A stretch of 64,000 nucleotides of DNA from Blepharisma stoltei ATCC 30299 (GCA_965603825.1 CBFDEM010000002.1:372001-436000); one strand, 5' to 3'; counted from the stretch's first letter, positions 1 to 14,285 are shown. Made by a program: numbers and translations. The notes: generated from the sequence alone by a model not told the origin.

Positions 1-1
1 A

Positions 2-448
2 ATTTATGCTTGCGAAACTGAAGAGCTTAGTGATTCTAACTGTGAAGCTGAATGTGAGTTTAATAAAATCGCATATTCTGAGTATTTAGGGTATTATGAT
101 GGTCTTAACGAAAATTATATAGAAACTTTTGCTGAACTTTCAGGGTTTAAAACACTATCAGAGACTTCACAGTTATTTGCTATTTATTCAGCATCATCAG
201 TTGTGCCTTTAAATGAAACTGGAATCGGGCCTTCAGACATTGAATTTACAGTTAAATATTCAGCTTATAGCATACTTGAAACGCAATTAGTCAATCTTAC
301 TGTTAATATCAAGTTTGATTTTTATAATGAAGATAGGAGCAATTTGCACATGTTCAATATCATCAAAAATTCAATTATAGATAATAGTGGAGGAACACTT
401 AGTGAAGAATTAAAGGAGTATACACCTATGGAGGTTGCAGCAAATTAA
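2..448 (+). CDS. 3' end of a gene starting upstream of the window (unknown product)
   Basis: Frame open from base 2 (IYACETEELSDSNCEAECEFNKI...) to TAA at 446-448; the track's GTG start at 203 is internal. Confidence 0.6.
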   Translation: MYACETEELSDSNCEAECEFNKIAYSEYLGYYDGLNENYIETFAELSGFKTLSETSQLFAIYSASSVVPLNETGIGPSDIEFTVKYSAYSILETQLVNLTVNIKFDFYNEDRSNLHMFNIIKNSIIDNSGGTLSEELKEYTPMEVAAN

Positions 449-812
449 TATTTTCTTAAGGTAGAAATTTAAATATTGCAAATTTACTAATTTTTCGTGT
501 AAAATAGATTATGAGTTATAACAACTCACCTTTGTTTTTTTCTAAATGAGTATATAATTATAAGCAGAAAAAAATTAATTAATAGAATATAAACCTAAGC
601 AATGTGTGAATTAATCTTATATTTAGCAAATTAAAAACTTGTAGGCAGTTTGAAATAGATAAAAATGTTAAAATGGTACGATGAAACGATATTTTCTATA
701 AAGTTCTTTAAAATATTAAATTTAATGAAAACAGCAGCAGAAGATTGATTTAAATAATGCAAAGATGTTAATAGGTATCTAAAAATTAAAGCCACTAATA
801 ATTCACAATTAT

Positions 813-1857
813 TTATGCTTTACCTCTGGGCAATATAAACGGCGAAGAGGCGCCGGAGTCTGATTTCACGTATTGCATCGAATTTAGATCTTGTGAGTAT
901 TCTACAGAGGAGTTTAAAGATGAGGATTTTACTATATTTGAGATATTTAGAGGGCTTTCAAAATACGGACTCCCAGAAGCCTCTTGATTATGATCTGAGT
1001 TTGAATTTGCTTTGAGTTCAAAAGGTGCCTTAGGACGAGCTCATGTAATTCCGTCTCCAATTGGTTTACCAGTTTCCAAATAAACAGGTAAAAACCAAAG
1101 CCAAGGATTTTTTCCGAAAACTTGTCTTCAGTTTCATAATGGGCTTATGCTATAATTTTCAGCTTCTTTATCTAGCATTTCAACAGTAGTCGAGTTTTTG
1201 AGGACTAATTTTATATGAAAATACGTAAACCTTGACAAAATAATCATGAGAATAAGTAAGAAAAAATATACTGCAATGTAGTACAAGTGAGGAATTAATG
1301 ATACTTGAATACTATCACTAAGGATAAGCTCTAATGAGCTATAAACTTGTCCAGTCAGTTTGAATAATATAAAAAATCCATTAATAAGTGAATATAGTAA
1401 TAGCAAAATAAAAATTTTCCTATTGAAAAAACCTACACAGTTGTTGATTCAAGCTGATTTACATATTACGACAATGATGGTCCATGCCTAAAATACAAGT
1501 ATCGCAAGTTGAGCAGTGATGGCAACGCTCTGGTTTGAATGAATGACATACCAGACAATATCGCTTCTTTTTAGTGTCAGAGTCGCTCTGATAAAATCCC
1601 TGCTTGGAGAATACTCAATTTCTTGGAGAATTTCCAGGCTTGCAAATGACAGCTTGAATAAAGCTCCATAACAGAAGAAATAAAAGGATATGGAAAATGA
1701 AGAATGACAGAAAAGATTCTTGATGACCTGATTCAAATTTACTTTGTGTTTTAGGGTAGAAAAATACGATAGCAAAAATATAATACACAAATCCTATCAA
1801 ACCTATTGGGAGCATTAGCAAAAAGTCACCAATTAGTCTTCTGAAATTCATCTTCAT
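813..1857 (-). CDS. DHHC (zf-DHHC) protein S-palmitoyltransferase, 2 exons
   Basis: With TGA=Trp and removal of intron 1454-1469 it reads ...[48 protein letters not shown]...NSTTVE...[16 protein letters not shown]...; ends TAA at 813-815. Confidence 0.93.
1454..1469 (-). other. 16-nt spliceosomal intron (GTAATATGTAAATCAG)
   Basis: GT...AG ends; removal exactly restores the invariant DHHC-P-W motif (CAT CAT TGT C|CT TGA). Size matches the 15-16 nt introns of heterotrich ciliates. Confidence 0.92.
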
Positions 1858-2245
1858 ATTTTAATTTTTGAGCTGAAAATGATTAAAAATCAACGATCAT
1901 TACTAAAGTAATAACAATCTAAACAATTAAAGAAAAATTTCTCATAAATACAGACTCTTTTAAGAATTTAAAATAATTCATTTTAAAAGTTTACGAAAGT
2001 GACGAATAGCTCTACAGAATAAATATGAATAAAATTCAAACAGAAAAGAGCAAGCTACACTTTCAAAACCAACGATTTTCTTATCTAAATAAATTTTTAA
2101 ACCATACAAATGGCGTTCCAGTCAACATTTAATCTAAGATCTTAAAATTCAAAAGCCCCTAACTTTCTAATTTCCCTATAACTTTTATGTTTAAAAACCA
2201 TCAAAGTCTTTTTTATTCCTTTCAAAAACTTGAAATAATTTATAA

Positions 2246-3238
2246 ATGGTCACAGCTGGAACTCCAGATTTAAACATTGATAACATAATCGACAAGCTTC
2301 TAGAAGTCCGTGGAAGCCGCCCAGGCCGTCAAGTAAATCTTACCGAACAAGAAGTCCGTGGTCTCTGCATTCGAGCACGTGAAATCCTCATTTCTCAACC
2401 AGTCTTGCTTGAGCTTGAAGCTCCTTTAAAAATCTGTGGAGATGTCCACGGTCAATACTATGACCTTCTCCGGCTCTTTGAATACGGTGGCTTTCCTCCT
2501 GAAGCCAATTATCTGTTCCTCGGTGACTATGTCGACCGTGGGAAACAGAGTTTAGAAACAATCTGCCTGTTACTGGCTTATAAAATCAAATACCCTGAAA
2601 ACTTTTTCCTGCTCAGAGGTAACCATGAGTGCGCTTCAATTAACAGAATTTACGGCTTCTACGATGAGTGTAAGCGAAGATATAATATCAAGCTATGAAA
2701 AACCTTTACAGATTGCTTCAATTGTTTACCGATAGCTTCTATTATTGATGATAAAATATTTTGCATGCATGGCGGGCTTAGTCCTGAACTAAGCAACATG
2801 GAACAAATCAGAAGAATCATGAGACCAAGCGACGTCCCTGATACAGGGCTAATATGCGACTTGCTGTGGAGTGACCCTGATAAAGATGTGCAAGGATGGG
2901 GAGAAAATGACAGAGGTGTCAGCTTTACGTTTGGACCTGAAATTGTGGCGAATTTCTTAAGAAAACATGATTTGGATTTAATTTGTAGAGCGCATCAGGT
3001 GGTGGAAGATGGATATGAGTTCTTTGCGAAGAGGCAGCTAGTCACACTCTTTTCAGCACCGAATTATTGCGGAGAGTTTGATAATGCAGGAGCCCTGATG
3101 AGTGTAGATGAAACGCTTATGTGCAGCTTCCAGATATTGAAGCCTGCTGACAAGAAAATGGGAGGAGCTGTAGGGGTGGGAGCAAATAGGCCTTATACGC
3201 CTCCAAGAACTAAAGCTCCACAAAAGAGCTTTACTTAA
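2246..3238 (+). CDS. PP1: Serine/threonine protein phosphatase PP1 catalytic subunit
   Basis: GDVHGQ, GDYVDRG, RGNHE and SAPNYC motifs; the two track ORFs join through TGA 2696-2698 = conserved Trp of KLWKTF. Confidence 0.97.
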
Positions 3239-3270
3239 ATAATAGAATAATTTCTTTAATTTGTTATTCC

Positions 3271-3792
3271 TTACATTTGCTTAGCATTTAAGCATCCATC
3301 GCATCTGCAAGAACTATTGCATGATTTTCCATTGGCATAGCATTCACAATATTTTTTCAAGCATCCTGATCTACGACAGTTGCAGCCAACTATTGGGACT
3401 TGGACTTCGCTTCTTCGAAAGGCTTCTGGGTTCCTATCAAGTACAAAGGTTTTTGCTTCTCGTCTTTCGTTTTCGAATTCAGGGAGATTTTTGCACTCCA
3501 TACACCCGCAGCCTCCACAGTATTCACCTCTTGCAAAACAGTCACAGTACAGCTTTAAACAAAAAGTCTTTCGGCATTTGCATACACAAGTTTTAGCTGG
3601 GATAGCTTGAGAATTGTCAAAAAGCTGCAAGAATGGCTGGGCGTGATTTTGCTGAGAAACAAAAGGAGAGTCTAAGTCCATAGCTTGAGAAGGGGATTGT
3701 AAACTTTGTTGCAAAGGAGATAAAGAATTCAAGCAAAATTGGCTAAATGGTGAATATTTATTTGGGAAACTTCCTCCTGGTGTTCGATCCAT
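3271..3792 (-). CDS. Tesmin/TSO1-like CXC (LIN54-type) domain protein
   Basis: Two CXC domains (CKCRKTFCLKLYCDCF; CNCRRSGCLKKYCECY) with an RNPEAF linker. Confidence 0.9.
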   Translation of the reverse strand: MDRTPGGSFPNKYSPFSQFCLNSLSPLQQSLQSPSQAMDLDSPFVSQQNHAQPFLQLFDNSQAIPAKTCVCKCRKTFCLKLYCDCFARGEYCGGCGCMECKNLPEFENERREAKTFVLDRNPEAFRRSEVQVPIVGCNCRRSGCLKKYCECYANGKSCNSSCRCDGCLNAKQM

Positions 3793-4115
3793 AACTTGTA
3801 AATAAAAATATTTATTTCTTAAATTTTATTGATGAGCTGAAAGAAAATATTGCCTAAAATGTTTTAAATAGGAATTTTCATCCATCGCTTCAAAACATAA
3901 AACTAGCGAAGCTTAAGATTTAGCAAACAAATTTGTTTTATATTGAAATTTATGCCTCTAAATTAATATTTTCTTATTTATTTCTACCTAATTCTATTAA
4001 AAATTAAGTCAAAATGATCCGATTTTAATAAAAAAAATTATTCATTAAGCTCATCTGAGCAAATTTCTTTTTATTCATATAATTTTGATTAAGATTATTA
4101 CAAAAATATAGAAAG

Positions 4116-6980
<2,865 letters not shown>

Positions 6981-7092
6981 ATTATCTCATATATTAATAA
7001 AATTTTAAATTATTTAATGCAATTTATACTTTATAATTAGCAATATAAATTTTCCAAAAATTTCTTTAAAAAATTTTTGGGGCCTCAAGATA

Positions 7093-8277
7093 ATGGAAGA
7101 TAAGATTTCATGCGTTTGCCAAGAGCACTATGACAATTTTCTCTCTTGTCAAAAATGCTTTCAAAGGTTCTATAAAGCCCAAATGCTAAAAGCTGAAAAC
7201 AAAAAATTAATTGAAGAAATCGAGCAACGAACAAATTATCTTAAAAAAGTCCTTGGAAGAATTACGGCAATTGAAGCAAGGATGAAGATGATGTCTGAGC
7301 ACCCACATCCTAAGCAGCAGTCAACAAATATAAAGCAGCAAGCACAGGGCTCAGAAGTTGACTTCATGGCAAAAGAACTTCCTCAATGCTTTTTCTCAAT
7401 CTGCAAAGACCCAGAGCTTGCTATGGCATTTTTACTCAAATGTGGAGCAATCCCAAAAAGCAGAAAATGTGATAAATGTATGACAGAATATGGAGCTCCC
7501 GAAATGAGAATTGAAAACTATGGCTGCTTAGGCTACAGTTTCCACTGTACCAACTGTAATTCCAGATCAAATATAAAAGAAAATACTTTTTGGGCAAAAT
7601 GCCAATTGAATTTAGACAAGATTCTATTATTTATGTTTTTATGAGCATTAGGTATGAAGGATTCTGAGATTGCGAATCTTCTTGACTGTTCTCCAACCCA
7701 CATAATTCACCTCAGTCGTCGTATAAGAAAGCTTGCCTGCAAAGAATTTATTAAAAATTTACCAAAATTTAACGGAGTCGTAGAAATTGACGAGCAGAAT
7801 TTCATTCAAAGGAAAATCGAAATTGGGAAAGGGAAAGCTCCTCAGAAATGGGTGCTACTTATGTATGAAAGAGACACAAAACTAGCTTACTTAGAGCCGC
7901 TAGAAAAAAGGTCGTTTGAGTATATTCTACCAATAATACAAAAGCGCTGCGAAATTGGAACAGTTATTTTGACTAGTAGAAATGGGGCCTATGGCAGATT
8001 AGAAGATTATGGCTACCCTCATTTCACTTTAGAAAAATTTAAAGGCTTCGAAAATGCTGACAATAAAGAAGTCCACATAAGAGGAACAATTACACTATGG
8101 CTGTGAGCTAAACATAATATAAAAGCCAAAAACCGTAGCGCTATCCACCTTGAAGAGCATCTCCAAGAATTCTTATGAAGACGCCAGATCAGACAAAGAT
8201 GCCGCTACAAAAAGTTGTTAGAAAGTGCTGAGGTGTTAAGAAACGTGCTTGACTTAATTTCGAAAGAAAACCAATAA
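7093..8277 (+). CDS. Transposase-derived protein of the IS1595/ISXO2/Merlin DDE family with Zn ribbon; probably domesticated
   Basis: Single ORF with TGA=Trp; CxxC...CxxC ribbon, GVVEIDE, KWVLLMYERDT, ILPIIQKRCEIGTVILT, HLQEFLWRR. No flanking TIR/TSD seen; tightly packed between host genes. Confidence 0.82.
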
Positions 8278-8315
8278 GATAATTTGAATAAATAACCATT
8301 GATATGATTTTAGCC

Positions 8316-8969
8316 TTAAGAGTCATACATATGCGCATGACCGAAATCTTCCAACTGTCTCATATGCTCGCCAGCTGCTTTTAGTTCGCTTGATATAGAA
8401 TCCCTTAAATAAACTTCATCCATTTCATAAACATTCTTAATAAACTGAACTGGGTTGCCTCCCCACACTTGCTTTGAGGGTATAAGTCTTCCAGGTGGAA
8501 TCACACTATTAGGAAGCACTATTGCATACTTCTCCACTCTCGCTCCTTCCAAAATAACTGTCCCTGCACCAATTTGGCAAAAGTCTTCTAAAATGCAGGA
8601 ATATAAAACACAGTTAGGCCCTACATAGGCACTGATGCCAACAATGAGTTCTGCTTGAGCTCCTGTAGGTAAACTTGCTGCGGTATGAAGCACAGAGTTT
8701 TCGCCTACATAGCAATGGTTCATAATGGTCACTTTATTGATGTCGCCTCTTACTACAGTACCGTACATCACTGCTGAATCTCTTCCAATGAAGACTTCGC
8801 CAATAAGACTAGCATTTGGGGCGACGAAAGAGTGCTGGTGGATTGGGTAAAGGTCGTAAAGAGGCAAAATTTGCCTGTGCTTGGTAAGTTTTTCAAAATA
8901 AGGGGTGCCTGTTGGAGGTTGGGCTGCTTTTCTGGCTTGTCTCAACTTGCCAAATAGAGATTTGAGCAT
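8316..8969 (-). CDS. Gamma carbonic anhydrase-like protein (hexapeptide repeats; mitochondrial complex I type)
   Basis: FVAPNASLIGEVFIG, VVRGDINKV and IPSKQVWGGNPVQF; basic N-terminal presequence. Confidence 0.88.
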   Translation of the reverse strand: MLKSLFGKLRQARKAAQPPTGTPYFEKLTKHRQILPLYDLYPIHQHSFVAPNASLIGEVFIGRDSAVMYGTVVRGDINKVTIMNHCYVGENSVLHTAASLPTGAQAELIVGISAYVGPNCVLYSCILEDFCQIGAGTVILEGARVEKYAIVLPNSVIPPGRLIPSKQVWGGNPVQFIKNVYEMDEVYLRDSISSELKAAGEHMRQLEDFGHAHMYDS

Positions 8970-9023
8970 AAATGGAATATAAATAAATCTATAGGATTAT
9001 TAATAGAGATGATGCCTTAAGGT

Positions 9024-9713
9024 TTAATTAGTAGCTTCCTCTGCAGGAGTGTTAAGTTTTCTTGCGAAACCGAATAATGGCTGATGAATCTCGTTGATTT
9101 GAGGGTTGCTTTCTAGTTCCTCAAACCATCTCTTAACAGCTGGGTATGGTGTAAAGTCGTAGTTCGCTAATTTCAATTGAGCAAGCTCACAGAAGCATTG
9201 GAGATCGGCTAAGCTTGCTTGAGAAGTTCTTGCTATGTAGTGGTGGGCTTCTAATGTTTGATTAATACCAGCCATGAAAGTGTCAACGTTAGCTTTTAAT
9301 TCAGCCTCTTTTTCAGGAGCAATGGGTGGGAGTCCCATAAATACAGGCTGGGTAACTTTATGGAAAACATAGCCATAGACATGCTTGCGTGAGTTTGTAT
9401 GATGCCAATGCAAGTATGAATTAATCTGGGCTCTTTGGTGGATGTCTGCTGGATACCATTGGTTTTCGACGTGGAAAGCTTCTGCTAAGTAGATAAGGAT
9501 GGCTCCACTTTCTGAGAGTGTGAAATCTCCATGGGTAATAACAGGAATTAGTCCTTGTGGGTTTATTGCGAGGAATTCTGGGGATCTGTGATCTCCTTTG
9601 CCGAAGTCTATGGGATGGAGTTCATAGTCTATATGGTTCAATGCTAAGAAGCATCGAACAGCACGGCATGGTTGAGAAAATGGATTGGAGTATAGCGTTA
9701 ATGCAGCAGCCAT
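9024..9713 (-). CDS. Glutathione S-transferase, theta class
   Basis: SQPCRAV, INPQGLIP, LSESGAILIYL, YLHWHHTN and SLADL motifs. Confidence 0.92.
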   Translation of the reverse strand: MAAALTLYSNPFSQPCRAVRCFLALNHIDYELHPIDFGKGDHRSPEFLAINPQGLIPVITHGDFTLSESGAILIYLAEAFHVENQWYPADIHQRAQINSYLHWHHTNSRKHVYGYVFHKVTQPVFMGLPPIAPEKEAELKANVDTFMAGINQTLEAHHYIARTSQASLADLQCFCELAQLKLANYDFTPYPAVKRWFEELESNPQINEIHQPLFGFARKLNTPAEEATN

Positions 9714-10062
9714 TATTTTTGTCGCTTTATTAGAATTGAAAATGGAAAATCACTTAGAAAATAATCATAAAATAATTGTTAAAATATTTTAATAAAAATT
9801 TCGTTGCATCATCATTTTTTTGATTTTAATTATTTTAACTGAGAAGCGTGTGTAATTTTCTATTATCCTTATTTATTCACATTATAAAAATTAAAATATT
9901 ATAGGAATTATTCATCATATTCAATTTTTCTCCTTTATTTAATTAAAATTAAATTTATTGATTCCCATTATATAATTCTTTTTAAATTTCTGTCCACCTT
10001 TAATAGAGATTCCAACACTTCAATGTTATAATGGAGGAAAATCTTATCACAAAAAAATATAA

Positions 10063-12012
10063 ATGGAAGAATTGCCAATAAAACTACTCAAATTTATCCT
10101 TCCAATTGTAGGCCCTTTCAATCAAGTAATTAAACTAGCCCAAGTTTGTAAAACATGAAAAATTATTATAGAAGAGTCGGAGCATTATTTTTCACTACAA
10201 GGAACAGGGACTTATAAGCTCCAGCCAGGATGTTTTGACCCTTCATGCGACTTATTCCAAATATTTTGCAAATTCTCATGCAAATTATCACTTGCAGAAT
10301 ATAAATTATTATCTTTAGATCTTCGAAATATAAATATCACAACTAAAAGACTGTGCCTAGTGCTTATTTCCCAGCCAAGTCTTCTGAAATTAAACCTCGC
10401 TAATACAAAGATACCATTAGAAGAGCTTTGAGATCGATTAAATTATATAAAGCAAGCATCATTATCTAAGAATCCTCCAGAGACTATCGATTTGCCTCTT
10501 GAAGTGCTAAAATTTTCAAACAACAAAAGCAGTTCATTGGGATATGAGTCTTTAGTTTCACTATTTCCGAATTTGAAGAAGCTTTATGCAGGGAATACTT
10601 CAACAACATTAGAAAATTTTAAAGAAATTGTAAAAAACTTAAAAAATCTTGAATTACTTGATCTAACCTATTGCCCTAAGATTGAAAATCTCAATATAGA
10701 TCATAATGAATTACAAGAAATGTTGCATGGATCTAAATTGAAGAGGCTTTTTATAAAAGATATCGACTCAATAACATCAAAATGTTTGGAATCTCATGGA
10801 ATTGATATAAATAGCACTAGTGTTGGGGATATTCTGTATAAAATTAAGGAAAATGCTGATCTCAAAAAATTAGAAAGGTTTCTTAGTGATGGAGGAGATG
10901 CTGATCTTATGTCTGATAGCTCTCTTTGCATTTGAAACTATCCACAAATGCAATTCATTCATAAGAATCACAAAACTGAGGCTATACTCGTGAACACTTT
11001 TAAAATAATGATTCGGCATGGTCTTGATCTTAGTTACCATACAACTGAATATAAAAACAGTTTTGTAAACACTGCAATATTTTGTTCGCATCTAAAATTA
11101 CTAAAATTATTATTAAGCTGCGGGGCCGACACATGGCCCATATCTGACTCAGATTTTGAATTAGAAATTCCTTCAATATCTCTTGCAGCATCAAAAGGAA
11201 ACCTCTCAATTTTAAAATTATTCCGTAAAAAAAAGCTTCATCTAAAAAACCATTTTAATGAGCAATTCTGCAACCCTATTTGCATTTCAGCTGAAAATGA
11301 CAGCAATGATCTTTTTAAACTTTTGCTTGAAAATTCATTCCCAATTTTTCCTTGCCATAAGCACCCTAATATATTGATAATTTCCCAAGATATATGCAAA
11401 AATTTTGCAACTGTTGAACATTATAAACTTCTTAATTCAATTCCTAAAGAAATTATTCATGAAGCTATACAGTATTATATAATCAAGCATAAAGAAAAAA
11501 TTGGTATTGCACTTATAGAATATTTAGGAATTTCTTGAATTAAAAAAGAAGAAGCAAAAATTGTTAAAAATAAGGAGAACTCTCTTGTGCCTGAAATAGG
11601 AACGGATTCTCATAAACCGTTAATAATATTAGCAGCAGAAAATTATTGCGTAAAAATACTTAAATTTTTAGTGAAAAATGGATGTGATGTAGAGGCTGAA
11701 GATAATTTTGGATGGACAGCTTTAATAGCTTCAGCTGCTTCTAATTATGCAGATTTGATAGCGTACTTATATAAAAATGGAGCTGATATAAATAGAAGGG
11801 ATAAAGCAGGGAGAACTGCCTTACATCAAGCTGCACAAGGTGGCCATAAAGCGGTAGTTGAAGAATTAATTCGCTTAAAGGCAATGCTGTCACCAATTTG
11901 TGCAGAAGGCTATTCACCTTTGGACTTAGCTCAAATTAATAATAGAACCGAAGTATGCGCAATTTTGAAACATTTTGGAGCTAATGCAAGTAAACACTGC
12001 GAGCTGTTCTAA
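10063..12012 (+). CDS. F-box + LRR + ankyrin repeat protein (~649 aa)
   Basis: Three track ORFs share one frame and are joined by TGA. N-terminal F-box (MEELPIKLLKFILP...LAQVCKTWKII), LRR (LKNLELLDLTYCPKI), C-terminal ankyrins (GWTALIAS, GRTALHQAA). Confidence 0.85.
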
Positions 12013-12252
12013 TAGTACAGTATTTATATCATTTATTTATCATTTTATATATTAATCTTTAGCTCATCTACCTTTTTAATCTGATCATCGTTGTTTAATT
12101 TATTTTTCTAAATTGCCTAATTCCTTTCATATAATTTAATACTTTTTAAGATATACCAGGCTACTTTGTTCGTTTGATAAATTGCTCCAGTTTCAATTAT
12201 GTGGAATTTATATGAAATTAAAACGCAAGCATTGAGATTATTGGGATTAAAT

Positions 12253-13599
12253 TTATTCGAAATCTGAATCCGATTTTCCTCCTGCAGGTCCTTCAGAGTC
12301 TGATTCAAGCTGAAGAACTTTTGACTCCGATCCTGCCGACTCTTCATCTGACTCTTGCTTTTTCTTCTTTCTACCTGACTGCTTTTTTGGTGTATCCTTT
12401 TTAACAGGTGTTTTCCTCGGCTTTGGCTCTTTCTTTTCTTCAGTCGATTTTCCTTCTGCTGCTTTTGGAGGTCGCCCTTTTCTTGGCTTCTTTTCTGAAG
12501 GCTGTGCTGGTGTAGCTTCAGATTTTCCTTCCTCAGCAGGCTTGGCTTCTTCTGAAATGCTATTCTTTTTTGGTGTTTTTTCTTTAGGAGCATCTGCAGG
12601 TTTAGCTTCCTCAGAAACGCTGTTCTTTTTAGCAGGCTTTTCTTTGGCTGAATCTACTGATTCTTCAACCTTAGTTACTTCTTCTACTTTCGAAACTTCT
12701 ACTTTGGTTTCTTCTGTCTTTTTGGTTTCTTCTGGCTTTTTATCAGTCTTTTTTGCAAATTTCATTGGAGGTGGCTGCACGAACCCAGAGATATATTGGG
12801 CTTCACTGCTTTCAAACTGTTTCCATAGCTTATTGAATTCTTCAGTATAAAGCTTGCAAAGTGGAGCATCATCAATAACTGTCAAATTTTCGCAATTTTT
12901 ATTCACAGCTTGTTTTGTCCAGTTAAAGCTCCCAGTTAGCAATAAATAGTCGTCAATGACCACAAACTTGTTGTGCATGTGAGCGTGGGAATCTAAGTCT
13001 ACTCTGCAAGGGATTCCTTCATCGAATAGAAGTTTCACATCAGATCCCAGCATTTTCATGCACTCATCATCAGAAATGATTCTAACGTCAACTCCTCTTT
13101 TGACTGCATCTCTAATGGCGTCAGCCAAATTGTTGTTAGTAATTGTAAATACACATACCAGCATTGTCTTCACTGCTTTGTTGAGATAGCAGACGAGCTT
13201 TAGTTCTGACTCGGCGCTTGGGAAAAAAAACGCATCCTTGATTCTATTTTTTGGCTCCAAAACTTCAGTTGAGATGGTTTCGATGGCGGCTTTTCCCCAT
13301 GAGAGCTGCTTAGGGTCTTCAGTGATTAGGTCAAATATTGTCGAAATCAGCTCACTTATATTGTTTCGTGTGCATGGGGAGGCTAAAAGCAATTGACGAA
13401 GTTCAATGAATGCATCCTTTTCGCCAACATTTTTCTTCAGAAACTCAATTACTTGTTCATTGGAGACTGTTAAGGATTGGTCTTGCATTGCTTTCTCTTG
13501 CTCAGCTATCAACTCATCATAAGTAGGCTTACGAGGTTTTTCCTTTTTCGGTTTTGGCGCTTTGGGCTCGCCTTCTTTTCCACCTCTTCCTCGCTTCAT
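12253..13599 (-). CDS. PLD6/Zucchini/Nuc-type single-HKD phospholipase D family protein with a Lys/Glu/Pro-rich tail containing an AT-hook-like motif
   Basis: HMHNKFVVIDD...TGSFNWT...NCEN and RGVDVRIISD motifs; basic N-terminus; C-terminal KKPRKGRPPK. Confidence 0.88.
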   Translation of the reverse strand: MKRGRGGKEGEPKAPKPKKEKPRKPTYDELIAEQEKAMQDQSLTVSNEQVIEFLKKNVGEKDAFIELRQLLLASPCTRNNISELISTIFDLITEDPKQLSWGKAAIETISTEVLEPKNRIKDAFFFPSAESELKLVCYLNKAVKTMLVCVFTITNNNLADAIRDAVKRGVDVRIISDDECMKMLGSDVKLLFDEGIPCRVDLDSHAHMHNKFVVIDDYLLLTGSFNWTKQAVNKNCENLTVIDDAPLCKLYTEEFNKLWKQFESSEAQYISGFVQPPPMKFAKKTDKKPEETKKTEETKVEVSKVEEVTKVEESVDSAKEKPAKKNSVSEEAKPADAPKEKTPKKNSISEEAKPAEEGKSEATPAQPSEKKPRKGRPPKAAEGKSTEEKKEPKPRKTPVKKDTPKKQSGRKKKKQESDEESAGSESKVLQLESDSEGPAGGKSDSDFE

Positions 13600-13819
13600 T
13601 TATAACTAATGAGCTGTCAGTTGTTGGCCACGATTTTTTTATTTAGCCTTAGATACTAAAGGCAGTGAAAATGAATTAAAATAAGCACCTAAGTATCGTG
13701 TTTTTGTATTACTGGTAAAGTTTTAAGATTATTTGCTATTTATTAGTTCTAATCGATTAATGTTTTAAATTAAAATAAATTCCCCCGTTTTAGATCAGAT
13801 TTGAATTCCAAATTTAAAA

Positions 13820-14236
13820 ATGGAAAAAAGGAAATCGGCTCGTTTATTGATGTGCTGCCTCTGCTTCAAATTATTTAAATCAAGGTCTTATTTGGCCCGT
13901 CACAAAATTTCTCATAGCCAAAAACGACAGTTTTTCTGCAAAATTTGTGGGAATTCCTACAAATATAAGCATGGCTTAACTAGACATGAAAAGAGGCTTC
14001 ATTATAACGAGTGGCTAGCTTCGCTATGACTTCTCGCTCTCAAAGATGATGAAAAAACTGAAGAAAAAACAGAAAATAAAGAAGCTGTTGAGGATAGTTT
14101 TGATGTAGGCTATTATTTAAACTTAGAAGACTCTGATAAAGAAAATAAAGGAACAAAAAATAAGCAAAAGAAAAAGATAAATTTTGGTAGCAGCGTAATT
14201 GAAACATCACCTTTTCCAAAGGTTGAAAGTAATTAA
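13820..14236 (+). CDS. C2H2 zinc finger protein
   Basis: Two C2H2 fingers; reads through TGA 14027-14029 to TAA 14234-14236. Confidence 0.8.
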
Positions 14237-14285
14237 GGTAATTTTATTTATTGAATTTTTTGCTAATGCTTAATCAAATATAAAA

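Noticed and set aside
2155-2165. CCCTAAC resembling a heterotrich telomeric unit
   Set aside because: A single partial copy, expected by chance.
2696-2698. TGA as premature stop or selenocysteine
   Set aside because: It falls on invariant Trp, and the same pattern recurs across unrelated genes.
3321-3610. Short ORFs overlapping real genes (also 12117, 12542, 15039, 24719, 25025, 51260 and others)
   Set aside because: Shadow frames of well-supported genes on the opposite strand or in another frame.
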